This document shows positions 54,601-63,462 of a stretch of DNA of 64,000 bases, piece after piece. Within the stretch, counting starts at the first letter, position 1. Each line of letters starts with the position of its first letter. The translations under genes were made by a program, and so were the position numbers. Location of the stretch: contig DATLXH010000128.1 of assembly GCA_035576005.1 (NCBI GenBank), positions 5,257 through 69,256 of the forward strand, written 5' to 3'. This DNA is from Thermoanaerobaculia bacterium (GTDB taxonomy: Bacteria; Acidobacteriota; Thermoanaerobaculia; Gp7-AA8). The notes beneath the pieces were generated by a model. It searched no databases and was not told the DNA's origin. It saw only the letters and a program-made list of their open reading frames with translations.

Positions 54601-55113
54601 ATATGCGCTAACTTTACCTCGCGGGGTCGCAGGCCCCCGGTCCCTCAGAGGGTAGCCGGTGGTGCGAGCGTTAGCGAGTGACCACCGGGATGCGTCGGCG
54701 AAAGACAGTTCGACCCCGGATGGGGTCGCGTAGTTCTCACCAGAGATAGCGCTCGTCGTACTCGACATTGTGCTCTTCGAGAAACTCCGTGTACTTCCCC
54801 TGGAACGTTCTCCCGCGGTGATGTTTCTCCTGTTCCCGAACGGACTTTCGAACTGACGGTACGGCTGATTTGCTCACCGAGAACGCCACTCAGCGTCGAT
54901 GAAGGGAACACGGTCCTTCGTGCTAAGCACGATGGGAATGGGAAGGCTGCTATGTGTCGACGGCATCGCAAGATCCTACGCGGCCCCTCCGGGGTCGAAT
55001 GACTTCCGCGAATCCATAGACCCGGTGGTCACTCGCTAACGCTCGCACCACCGGCTACCCTATGAGGGACCGGGGCCTAGATCCGCGAGGTAAAGTTAGC
55101 GCGTATGCCCCAG
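54598..55113. mobile_element. ~515-bp non-coding element with ~93-bp terminal inverted repeats, inserted into the shared palindrome of two tandem REP-like elements
   Basis: Left TIR GGGGCATATGCGCTAACTTTACCTCGCGGGGTCGCAGGCCCCCGGTCCCTCAGAGGGTAGCCGGTGGTGCGAGCGTTAGCGAGTGACCACCGG. Its reverse complement is at 55020-55113 (~92% identity). No convincing ORF inside. Confidence 0.55.
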
Positions 55114-55265
55114 CGGGGAGAGGGTGGTCGCGTAAGCGACCGGCAGGAGGGGCCGCGAGAGATACGAAGACCTCGCCTTTTCCGACGGACTGGCGAGACT
55201 TTCACGCCCCTCTCCCTGCTTCGCTTCGCTCGCATCCCTCTCCCCGCCGGGGAGAGGGATGCGCC
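55100..55265. repeat. composite REP-like element (family R), left terminal palindrome truncated
   Basis: |AGCGGGGAGAGGGTGGTCGCGTAAGCGACC...CCCTCTCCCCGCCGGGGAGAGGGATGCGCCGCTTCGCGGCTC. Confidence 0.6.
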
Positions 55266-55353
55266 GCTTCGCGGCTCAACCATGTCAGTCAGTGAACCGA
55301 TTTCTGCTTCGACTGTCGGAATGCTTTCGGTACGAGCGCGTTCTCATTGACGC

Positions 55354-55710
55354 ATGCTGAGTCTCCTTCGGTCGATCCTCATCCTCACGGCGATTCTTTC
55401 GATAAGCCCTGCGGCGCACGCAGCGGATCGTCAGGTCCTCGTGTTCGACATCAAAGGGATGCATTGCTCGGGATGTGCGTCCGGGATCAAAGCGATGCTC
55501 GTGCGAGTGCAGGGAGTTACGAAAGCGGAAGTGAGCTACGAGGAAACACGCGCGCGCGTGGAGTACGATCCCGCCAGAACGACTTCGGCGACGATCATCG
55601 ACACCGTCGAGAAGATGGGTTACAAAGTCAGGCCGCGAAAAGTAGTCAGGCAATCTGAGCGGCAAGGTGCACGAAGTAAGCACCTGCGCCGATCAACGCC
55701 AGTCCGCTGA
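55354..55710 (+). CDS. periplasmic heavy-metal-associated (HMA) domain protein (MerP/CopZ-like)
   Basis: Signal peptide, and GMHCSGCASGIK (GMxCxxC) in a betaalphabetabetaalphabeta-length domain. The 3' end overlaps the convergent membrane-protein gene. Confidence 0.75.
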   Translation: MLSLLRSILILTAILSISPAAHAADRQVLVFDIKGMHCSGCASGIKAMLVRVQGVTKAEVSYEETRARVEYDPARTTSATIIDTVEKMGYKVRPRKVVRQSERQGARSKHLRRSTPVR

Positions 55711-56345
55711 ACACCTCCGCCGCGCGCCGTCCCCGCTCGACTCGCGCAATCCATCCGGCAACGCGACCCGCAAACAAGCCGGTCAGTAGAAACGGCAGGC
55801 CACGTCCAATGCCGTATGAGAGCGACAGAACAGCCCCGTAAAGCGGCTTCCCGACCGCCGCAGCGATGGTGAGCAGAAGCATCAGTGGTCCCGCCGAAGT
55901 CGTGAGGGTGGCCACGGTGTAGGAAAGGCCGTAGACGAATGCGCCTCCGATCCCTCCGCGTTTCTCCACCTTCGGGTTCGAGAAACGACGTCGCAACAGA
56001 GGGGCGGATAGCGCGATGAGCCCGGCTACGATCGACAATATCGCCGTTGCCAGAGCGAAACCTGCGCTCCATCGCACGAGCAGACGGCCGAAGTAGGCCG
56101 CGGCCGTGCCGAGCACGAGCAGGCTGAGGGTGACGCCGGCGAAGAACGACGCGGCCAGTATCAGGCCGCCTCGACGCGATTTCTCCGCCTGGCCATGTTC
56201 ATACGCACCGATGTAACCGATCATCCCCACACCTGCGGGGAAGGTGCAGGGTCACGTGGTGGTGGACAGCACCCCTCCGATCAATGCAGACAGAAGGGCG
56301 ATGATCGGTTGATGCTGGATGGCTGAGGAGACACGCTCCAGGAAT
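55646..56345 (-). CDS. DsbD_2/CcdA-like polytopic membrane protein with an in-frame TGA immediately before a conserved Pro-Cys (…GGVLSTTT-TGA-PCTFPAG…). Selenocysteine candidate or pseudogene; the track lists only 55646..56230.
   Basis: The frame from TTG (56343) or a later start is stop-free except for the single TGA at 56245-56247. The upstream 33 codons encode a TM helix homologous to the CcdA TM1 LxxGLLSFLSPC region. The rest of the protein has no Cys. Confidence 0.5.
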
Positions 56346-56508
56346 TCAAATGGATTCAATTCTCATATCTCGACAACGGTGATTGGTCCACCGCTTCGAG
56401 AGCCTCCTCGATCTGGTTGGAACTGGACGCGCAAGGCCCGGCACCGCGAACGTCGACGGAACACTCACGAGTAACCGGGCTGACTGTGCAGCCCGGTACT
56501 CGTTACCG

Positions 56509-56652
56509 TTACGTCTTGACCATGTCGCGCCCGCAGCAGCAGCGTGGCGACTTGTCGCCGTTGCAGCTTTCCGGAGCACCCTTCGTAACTTCAATCTCAC
56601 ACCCACAGTTCGCGTCGGGACATTTGAAGCGCTCGCCTTTCTTGAATGGCAT
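56509..56652 (-). CDS. 47-aa cysteine-rich peptide (7 Cys): MPFKKGERFKCPDANCGCEIEVTKGAPESCNGDKSPRCCCGRDMVKT
   Basis: Strong AAAAAGGAGAG RBS 7 nt upstream of ATG (56652). Lies between merR and the CcdA-like gene on the same strand. Below the 60-aa ORF-track cutoff. Confidence 0.55.
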   Translation of the reverse strand: MPFKKGERFKCPDANCGCEIEVTKGAPESCNGDKSPRCCCGRDMVKT

Positions 56653-56696
56653 GACGTTCTCTCCTTTTTCGATGCGACATCCGTCGCAACTGTCTT

Positions 56697-57137
56697 CTAC
56701 AACTCAGACCGTACCGCGGTTCCTATTCCCGAAGGCTCCGGAACTTCCTCGATGGCGTCGAGAATCGGACAGGCGCTCGTGGGACCTTCACCGGTGCACG
56801 CGAGCGTGATCTCGACCAGAGCAGCGCGCATGGCGTGCAACGATGCAATCTTCCCGTCAATGTGCGCAAGCTTCAATTCCGCCTCGCTCTTCACCTCAGC
56901 ACAACCCCTTGCCGGATCGAGTCTCAATTCGAGTAACTGTTTGATCTCGGCGAGTGAAAATCCGAGCTCCTGAGCCCGGCGGACGAAACGGATCCGCCGC
57001 GTCGCATCCTCATCGTAGTGACGAAATCCTGATAACGGACGTCCCGGACGAGTAAGCAGTTTCTTGCGCTCATAGAAGCGAATCGTCTCTACGCCGACAC
57101 CAGAGGCGGCGGCGAGCTCGCCGATCGTCATTGACAT
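56697..57137 (-). CDS. merR: MerR-family metal-responsive transcriptional regulator
   Basis: N-terminal HTH (MTIGELAAASGVGVETIRFYERKKLL), coiled-coil, and C-terminal metal-binding Cys pair (ACTGEGPTSAC). Confidence 0.85.
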   Translation of the reverse strand: MSMTIGELAAASGVGVETIRFYERKKLLTRPGRPLSGFRHYDEDATRRIRFVRRAQELGFSLAEIKQLLELRLDPARGCAEVKSEAELKLAHIDGKIASLHAMRAALVEITLACTGEGPTSACPILDAIEEVPEPSGIGTAVRSEL

Positions 57138-57144
57138 CGGGAAA

Positions 57145-57175
57145 GGATATCGTCTGTACTATGGTACGGAGTCAA
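57145..57175 (-). promoter_or_regulatory. MerR-type promoter: -35 TTGACT, 19-bp spacer containing dyad CCGTACCATAGTACAG, -10-like ATATCC. Nearly identical to the Tn21 merOP dyad TCCGTACATGAGTACGGA.
   Basis: rc of 57145-57175 = TTGACTCCGTACCATAGTACAGACGATATCC. It ends ~7 nt before the merR ATG, giving a leaderless or near-leaderless transcript. Confidence 0.55.
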
Positions 57176-57281
57176 ATATCGCAATGATGTGGCTGCCACC
57201 ATTGAGCTGGGTTCCGGCTTCACGTCCTGCCGACACATCCACGAAAAGGCCTTCCTTGGGTCCGGGAGCCTGCAGCCGCCG

Positions 57282-58391
57282 ATGAAACGAGCTGCAGCAA
57301 CTCTTCTCTTCTCAATCCTGTTTCGTTGCGACAGCGTAGGACCGGCCTCACCGGCATCGGTGCCGGCTACGACTGTGCCCTCGGCGACGACGACCGCGGC
57401 GACCGCGGCGACGACGACGAAAGTCCGCGGTATGAACTTCGCCCACTCCCTGGGGCGTCGCTCGGGCGGAGGGCGCGGCTATGGTTCTGAGGCGTCTTTG
57501 CAGTCGCTGCGTTCGCTCCGTTCGCTCCACGTCGATTCGATTGCCATCACCCCTTTCGGATTTCAGCGCCGACCCGACGACACTCGCATCATCTGGGTCG
57601 GTGAGGGAGATGGCGGCCGCTGGATCGATGAGACGGACGACTCTCTGCGCGCTGTGATAACCCAGGCACACCAGCTCGGCCTTCGCGTGCTGCTCAAACC
57701 ACACCTGTGGCTTCGCCCACCCGACTGGCCCGGCTCAATCGATCATGCCACCGAAGCAGAGTGGGCACTCTGGTTCGCAGAGTACGGGAAGTTCATCCTT
57801 CACTACGCCCGCCTCGCCGAGTCCATGCAAGTGGAGATGCTCTCGATTGGCAACGAGCTCACAAAATCCACATCGCACGAACAGCCCTGGCGCGATTTGA
57901 TCGCACAGATTCGCGCGGCTTATCGCGGAAAGCTGACGTATGGCGCCAATATGAATGAAGTCTTCGACGTTCCCTTCTGGGATGCCGTCGACGTCATCGG
58001 AGTCAGCGCTTACTTTCCTCTAAACGCGAGAAAGAACCCAACGACGGACGAGATTGCAATCGGCTGGACTCCGATCGTGGCCCGACTGTCACGACTGTCC
58101 AGGAGAACGAATCGACCTGTGCTCTTCACCGAGCTTGGTTACACCAGCCGCGACTACGCGACTGCTGAGCCCTGGAAGGAGGAGGGCGGAGAGCTCAACC
58201 TTCAACTACAGGCGGAGGCGTACCAGGCATTTTTCCAGGCCGTCTGGCCGCAACCCTGGTTTGCCGGGGTCTACTTCTGGAAGTGGGAGTCTCACCTCAA
58301 CCACTCGACCAGCACCGATGTCAGCTTCGCCATCGAGCACAAGCCGGCCGAGGCAGTCGTACGGAAGCACTTCGATCTAAAAGTGAAGTGA
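57282..58391 (+). CDS. secreted TIM-barrel glycoside hydrolase (GH5/GH113-like)
   Basis: Signal peptide with Thr/Ala linker. Catalytic-type GNELT (acid/base Glu) and FTELGYTS (nucleophile Glu) motifs. Confidence 0.6.
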   Translation: MKRAAATLLFSILFRCDSVGPASPASVPATTVPSATTTAATAATTTKVRGMNFAHSLGRRSGGGRGYGSEASLQSLRSLRSLHVDSIAITPFGFQRRPDDTRIIWVGEGDGGRWIDETDDSLRAVITQAHQLGLRVLLKPHLWLRPPDWPGSIDHATEAEWALWFAEYGKFILHYARLAESMQVEMLSIGNELTKSTSHEQPWRDLIAQIRAAYRGKLTYGANMNEVFDVPFWDAVDVIGVSAYFPLNARKNPTTDEIAIGWTPIVARLSRLSRRTNRPVLFTELGYTSRDYATAEPWKEEGGELNLQLQAEAYQAFFQAVWPQPWFAGVYFWKWESHLNHSTSTDVSFAIEHKPAEAVVRKHFDLKVK

Positions 58392-58528
58392 CATTGGGCC
58401 GTGCTAACCAACGCCATTTTTCTTCGTCCAACTGGGAACTTTTCTTTCTCGCAGTCGTAACAGTTCTGTGTCAGCCGTTCTCATAAGGATTCGAACCGCT
58501 GTAGGATGGGTCACCCCAGAGGCCAACC

Positions 58529-59068
58529 ATGAAACGGATTCTGCTACTCGCCTTGATTGTCGTTGCTACGACGCCGACGACCCACGCGCTGAGAATTGAT
58601 CCCGCTCCCGATCCGGCGGCAGGTGGAGGGAGCAGCAGCCGTCGGTTGAGCCCCGCGGACTTCAAGCTGAATATGGTCGTGACGCAGGCGAGCGGAGATC
58701 TCGACCGCTGGCTGGCGACAGAACCGGGCGGGAACCGTCGAAGCAGGCCTCGGGAGTTTCGGGCCAATCAGAAGGGAAGCGTTCATCTGGTTCTCACCGA
58801 CTTCAAGATCGCTCAGTTCGAAGCAATGGGACTAACCGCTGAAGTTCAGCTCTACGGTCCGGACGGCAAGCTGTTGTACCGTCCCCCTGACCTTGCGCGC
58901 TCTGCGTGGGGCCGCCCACGAAGGGGCTACATGGCACTCGTTCCCGAGGTCACGTTCGCGTTTGATCAGGCGGACAAGGCAGGAATCTATACGTACCGCG
59001 CGACCGTCACCGACACCAATAAGACGACCATCGCCCGCGCCGAAGAGAAGATCATCTTTCTCAACTGA
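58529..59068 (+). CDS. hypothetical secreted protein
   Basis: Signal peptide and a 179-aa ORF, followed by a palindromic hairpin. Confidence 0.55.
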   Translation: MKRILLLALIVVATTPTTHALRIDPAPDPAAGGGSSSRRLSPADFKLNMVVTQASGDLDRWLATEPGGNRRSRPREFRANQKGSVHLVLTDFKIAQFEAMGLTAEVQLYGPDGKLLYRPPDLARSAWGRPRRGYMALVPEVTFAFDQADKAGIYTYRATVTDTNKTTIARAEEKIIFLN

Positions 59069-59104
59069 ATTGTGGCCGGACATTCCAATGTCCGGCGGAT
59101 CAGC

Positions 59105-59282
59105 CCCGCATTTCTCACAGACCTTCGCCGCGAGACGACGAATAGCGGCCTGTCTGCTTCGTTGCACGGCAATTTCGCTCCTTGAGATAGTGTCGACTAT
59201 GCCTTCGTCGCAAAATCGCCGTGCGCCTCGCATCCAAGCCACTCTCCGCCGTCTCACGACAAAGGTCTGTGAGAAATGCGGG
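59105..59282. mobile_element. MITE family A copy (inverse orientation) inserted inside a palindromic hairpin
   Basis: Flanks TGTGGCCGGACATTCCAATGTCCGGC (59072-59097) and GCCGGACATTGGAATGTCTGGCCACA (59313-59338) are inverted copies. Confidence 0.65.
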
Positions 59283-59566
59283 CTAGTGGTGGTGCGCTGC
59301 GTGGCATCCCAGGGAAGCCGGACATTGGAATGTCTGGCCACAATTCAGTTGATGGGTTAGGCGTGTCGATTCCAGCGGTTGCAGCGCAGCGTCGACGTTC
59401 TCCGGTGGCTTGGAGGTTGCGGCCGCACGCCGTGCGGCCCTACCCCAACGCTTCAAGGGCGACCCGAAAGGATTCAACCTGATAATCTCGCGTCGCAAAA
59501 ACCGTTGACCGTTCGCCCCGTATACCCTCCTGCCTCAAAGCTTTCGCAAGGAGAAGGACCAATCAG

Positions 59567-60814
59567 ATGAAACGACGAACAAAGATCATCATTGCCACCG
59601 TGGCGTTGTTGCTGGTCGCAGCAATCGCGTTTGGAGTCGTGAAAAAACGGGGGAAGAAGGGCGTTGAGGTCACGACTGCGAAAGTCGAGCGCGCCGACCT
59701 GTCGAGCAAAGTCACGGCGAACGGGAAGATCGAGGCACAACGCAAGGTCGATCTCTCCGCCAACGTCATGGGCCAGATCACCAATCTCGCGGTTCGAGAA
59801 GGCGACGTCGTAGCGAAGGGAGACTTCCTCCTGCAGATCGACAAGACTCAACTTGCGGCATCTGCAGCCGGTGCAGAAGCCTCGGTGCGAGCGCTTTTCC
59901 ACGATCGTGGAGCGGCACGGGCGAATGCCGCCGAGGCCTCCCGAAACTATGAGCGGGCCCAGAAAAGCTACGCCGAGAAACTGATCCCACTCGCGGAGCT
60001 CGAGCGTTCGCGCTCTGCCCTCGAGAGTGCTAGAGCAAGCGCGTCCGCGCTCGAGGGAAGAATTGAACAGGGCCGCGCCAGCGTGGCGGGGGCACGCGAC
60101 ACGCTTTCAAAAACGACGATCAAGGCACCAATGGGAGGGATCGTTACCGCCCTCCCGGTTGAGGAAGGTGAAGTCGCCGTGATCGGGACGATGAACAATC
60201 CCGGCACCATCCTCATGACAATCTCCGACATGAGCGTAGTCGAGGCCGTGATGGATGTGGACGAGACCGACATCCCGAACGTTAAAGTCGGCCAGGCGGC
60301 GACGGTGACCGTCGATGCCTATCCGAACAAGACATTTCAGGGGAAGGTTACGGAGGTCGCATCGAGTCCACGCGATCGAGGGGCCGCAGCCGGAAGCGAG
60401 GCCATCAACTTCGAAGTGAAGATCCAGATCCAGGATCCCCCTGCTGCCATCCGTCCCGGATTCTCCTGCTCGGCAGAGATCCTGACCGGTACGAGACCGA
60501 AGGCCACCTCAGTGCCGATCCAGGCATTGATCGTTCGAGAGAAGGAAATCAAGGGAAAGCCTGCGGGCACCAAGCCCGAGGAAGAAGAAGGGGTCTACCT
60601 TTTCGACGCCAAAACCGGTATCGCCAAATTCCGGACGATCACCACCGGTCTAACAGGTGAAAGCTCGACTGAAGTCGTCACCGGAATCAAGGAAGGTGAC
60701 GAGATCATCACCGGGCCGTTCAAGGCATTGCGCGAGATCAAAGACGGCGACAAAGTCCGAATCGCGAAAGAGAAGGATGGCAAGGGAAAGGAAGAGGACA
60801 AGGCGGGTAAGTAG
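59567..60814 (+). CDS. efflux transporter periplasmic adaptor subunit (HlyD/MacA-type membrane fusion protein)
   Basis: N-terminal TM anchor, coiled-coil hairpin, lipoyl and beta-barrel segments (TIKAPMGGIVT..., VTVDAYPNKTFQGKVTEV). Confidence 0.85.
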   Translation: MKRRTKIIIATVALLLVAAIAFGVVKKRGKKGVEVTTAKVERADLSSKVTANGKIEAQRKVDLSANVMGQITNLAVREGDVVAKGDFLLQIDKTQLAASAAGAEASVRALFHDRGAARANAAEASRNYERAQKSYAEKLIPLAELERSRSALESARASASALEGRIEQGRASVAGARDTLSKTTIKAPMGGIVTALPVEEGEVAVIGTMNNPGTILMTISDMSVVEAVMDVDETDIPNVKVGQAATVTVDAYPNKTFQGKVTEVASSPRDRGAAAGSEAINFEVKIQIQDPPAAIRPGFSCSAEILTGTRPKATSVPIQALIVREKEIKGKPAGTKPEEEEGVYLFDAKTGIAKFRTITTGLTGESSTEVVTGIKEGDEIITGPFKALREIKDGDKVRIAKEKDGKGKEEDKAGK

Positions 60815-60870
60815 CGTCGAATCATTGACGCTGATTGCACAAACAGATCCGCGCCAGGGGAAGAAAGACG

Positions 60871-62082
60871 ATGGAAGTAATCCGTACCGCGATGACAGCA
60901 CTCCGGACCCACAAGCTCCGAAGCTTCCTCACACTCCTGGGAGTGATCATCGGGGTGATGACGGTCATCTCGGTCATCTCCGTCATCGCCGGGCTCAATC
61001 AATACATTGCAGAAAAGGTCTTCCAGCTCAACCCCGATGTTTTCATCGTCACTCAGTTCGGGATCATCACGAGTCGGGAGGAGTTTCTGGCAGCTGTACG
61101 GCGAAAGACCCTGTCCATGGCTGACGTGCGGGCGGTAGAGAGTCGATGCGAAACGTGTGGAAGCATCGGAGTCTCGGTTTCCGGAAGACGTGAGGTCAAG
61201 AGTGGAAACAAGAAGATTCGGGGCGTTCAAACATTCGGCAGTACAGCGAATGTCGCCGAGATCAACAACCTGGACCTCGAGGCCGGCCGGTTCCTAACCT
61301 CCAGTGAGGATGATCATGCGGCCCTGGTGGCAATCATCGGTTCGGACGTGCGCGAAGAGCTCTTCGGAAAACTCGACCCGATCGGCCGGAAGATCGTCGT
61401 GTCAGGCAAGCCACTCAAGATCATCGGCCTTCTGGCCAAGCAGGGGTCGGTGCTGGGAAGGAGCCAGGACCTTCAGATGTACATGCCTCTGTCGACCTTT
61501 CGAAAGAACTTCGGGACGAGGCGCAGCCTCGACATCTTCATCCGCCCCCGAAACGGAATCGCGGCTCTCGAATCGTGCAAGGACGAAGTTCGCGTCATCC
61601 TGAGAAGCCGGCGTCACACACCCTTCCGGAGCGACGATCCGTTCGCGATGGTGACCGCTCAGGCACTCCAGAATGTCTGGAAGAATATCTCCGCGGGAGC
61701 TTTCGCTCTGATGACCTTCATTTCCGGCATTTCGCTCGTGGTCGGAGGGATCGTCATCACGAACATCATGCTCGTGTCCGTGATCGAGAGGACCCGCGAG
61801 ATCGGGATCAGACGAGCGATCGGCGCCAGACAGCGGGACATCCAGCTGCAGTTCCTGGTGGAGGCGATTCTGCTCTCATTTTTCGGTGGGCTGATCGGAG
61901 TCATCCTCGGTGTCTCGATCAGTAAAGCGATCGCCATGCTCTTTCCGCTGCCGACGCTCGTTACTCCGGGACTGATTGCCGCAGGTCTGGGCGTGGCGAT
62001 CCTGACAGGGGCCACTGCCGGATTCTTCCCCGCGCTTCGTGCCGCGAAGCTGGCCCCAGTCGAGGCGCTTCGTTATGAGTAA
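60871..62082 (+). CDS. ABC transporter permease, FtsX/MacB-type (4 TM with large periplasmic domain)
   Basis: MacB-like periplasmic domain between TM1 and TM2. C-terminal FtsX motif ...ERTREIGIRRAIGA.. Confidence 0.8.
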   Translation: MEVIRTAMTALRTHKLRSFLTLLGVIIGVMTVISVISVIAGLNQYIAEKVFQLNPDVFIVTQFGIITSREEFLAAVRRKTLSMADVRAVESRCETCGSIGVSVSGRREVKSGNKKIRGVQTFGSTANVAEINNLDLEAGRFLTSSEDDHAALVAIIGSDVREELFGKLDPIGRKIVVSGKPLKIIGLLAKQGSVLGRSQDLQMYMPLSTFRKNFGTRRSLDIFIRPRNGIAALESCKDEVRVILRSRRHTPFRSDDPFAMVTAQALQNVWKNISAGAFALMTFISGISLVVGGIVITNIMLVSVIERTREIGIRRAIGARQRDIQLQFLVEAILLSFFGGLIGVILGVSISKAIAMLFPLPTLVTPGLIAAGLGVAILTGATAGFFPALRAAKLAPVEALRYE

Positions 62083-63391
62083 AGCTGCAGCGATCCCTCT
62101 TGGTGACTCGCGAAGTTTTCTGCGGGCGTGGCTGGCCGGCCTCCGCGAGAACACGAGATTCGCATCGACCGCCCTTCTCGCTCACAAATTGAGGACCGTG
62201 CTGACGATTCTCGGGATCGTCATCGGAATCACGACTGTCATCGCCATGGTCTCGATCATCGAGGGCTTCAATAACAACGTCATCGCCAATTTCCAGGCGT
62301 TCGGTGCCACGCTCGTGCAGTTTCAGAAGATGGATCCTCGATTCGGGCCGGGTGGCCACAACAACGACGAGGCTCAGCGACTGCGCAAAGAGCTCACCGT
62401 CGAGGACGCAGAAGCGATCAAGAAGCTTTCCCCTTCCATGAAGGCGGTTTCACCGGAACGCTACTGGTTTACCGGAGGCGGGGGCGGCGCGCCCGACGTG
62501 AAGTACGACGGGATCGAAGCGACGCCCGATACGATCGTCGGCGTCACCGAGGACTATCAGGTCGCGAACAATCACTTTGTCGGAACGGGACGATTCTTCA
62601 CCGACGCGGACGTCCGTCATTCCTTCGATGCCGTGGTTCTCGGCGCAGGGATCTCCGACACGCTTTTTCCCCATCGCGATCCCCTGGGGAAACGTGTGAC
62701 GATCTACGGGCGGCGATACGTGGTGATTGGAATCATGGAAGCACAGGGTGAGACCTTCTTCGAATCGACTGACTCGCACGTCTATCTGCCGATCACGACT
62801 TTTGATTCGCGATTCCCGTGGATTAAACGTGACCGCGGCGTGAACATCGCCACTGTGCCCAGGCGTCCCGAATGGGTTGGAAAAATCACAGAAGAAGGGA
62901 CTGTCGTGCTGCGCGCGCGGCGCAAGGTCCCATTCAATAAGCCGAATGACTTCGGTCTGATGACGCCCGACAAGCTGATCGGAAACTTCAAGGCCATCAC
63001 CGGCGGCATCACCCTGGCCATGGTGTTCATTTCTTCGATTGCGCTGCTGGTAGGGGGCGTCGGTGTGATGAACATCATGCTCGTCTCGGTGACAGAGCGA
63101 ACTCGCGAGATCGGAATTCGAAAAGCGATCGGAGCGGTGAGGCGTGACATCGTGACGCAGTTCCTCACCGAGGCGATGGCTCTCGCAGCGGTGGGTGGCG
63201 TGATTGGAATCCTTCTCGGACTGGCGATCGCGCTTCTGGTGAGAACTGTCAGTCCGCTGGCGACCTCTACTCCATTATGGTCCGTCGCTGCAGGCCTGAT
63301 CGTTTCGGTCTCGATTGGCCTTTTTTTCGGAATCTATCCGGCATACAAGGCCGCCTCGCTCGACCCGATCGAAGCATTGCGCTACGAGTAG
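62075..63391 (+). CDS. second ABC transporter permease, FtsX/MacB-type (paralog)
   Basis: Same architecture (ERTREIGIRKAIGA). Its start overlaps the upstream stop. Confidence 0.8.
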   Translation: MSKAAAIPLGDSRSFLRAWLAGLRENTRFASTALLAHKLRTVLTILGIVIGITTVIAMVSIIEGFNNNVIANFQAFGATLVQFQKMDPRFGPGGHNNDEAQRLRKELTVEDAEAIKKLSPSMKAVSPERYWFTGGGGGAPDVKYDGIEATPDTIVGVTEDYQVANNHFVGTGRFFTDADVRHSFDAVVLGAGISDTLFPHRDPLGKRVTIYGRRYVVIGIMEAQGETFFESTDSHVYLPITTFDSRFPWIKRDRGVNIATVPRRPEWVGKITEEGTVVLRARRKVPFNKPNDFGLMTPDKLIGNFKAITGGITLAMVFISSIALLVGGVGVMNIMLVSVTERTREIGIRKAIGAVRRDIVTQFLTEAMALAAVGGVIGILLGLAIALLVRTVSPLATSTPLWSVAAGLIVSVSIGLFFGIYPAYKAASLDPIEALRYE

Positions 63392-63426
63392 AGCCTGGCG
63401 GCAGTGCATTCGGAATCCGGCATTCC

Positions 63427-63454
63427 GCGTGACAGACAAGAGTGTCTGTCCTAC
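63427..63454. repeat. single unit of hairpin repeat family C
   Basis: GTGACAGACAAGAGTGTCTGTCCTACA. Confidence 0.5.
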
Positions 63455-63462
63455 ATTGACCC

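Noticed and set aside
54334-54971. Minus-strand ORFs (144 aa, 108 aa) inside the REP composite and the 515-bp IR element
   Set aside because: No RBS, the translations are dominated by the repeat sequence (SPPGRG...), and they cross element boundaries.
58440-58530. Possible tRNA suggested by GGATTCGAACC on the plus strand
   Set aside because: Flanking bases cannot form a T-stem (AGCGG vs CCTTA) or an acceptor stem, so it is a chance match.
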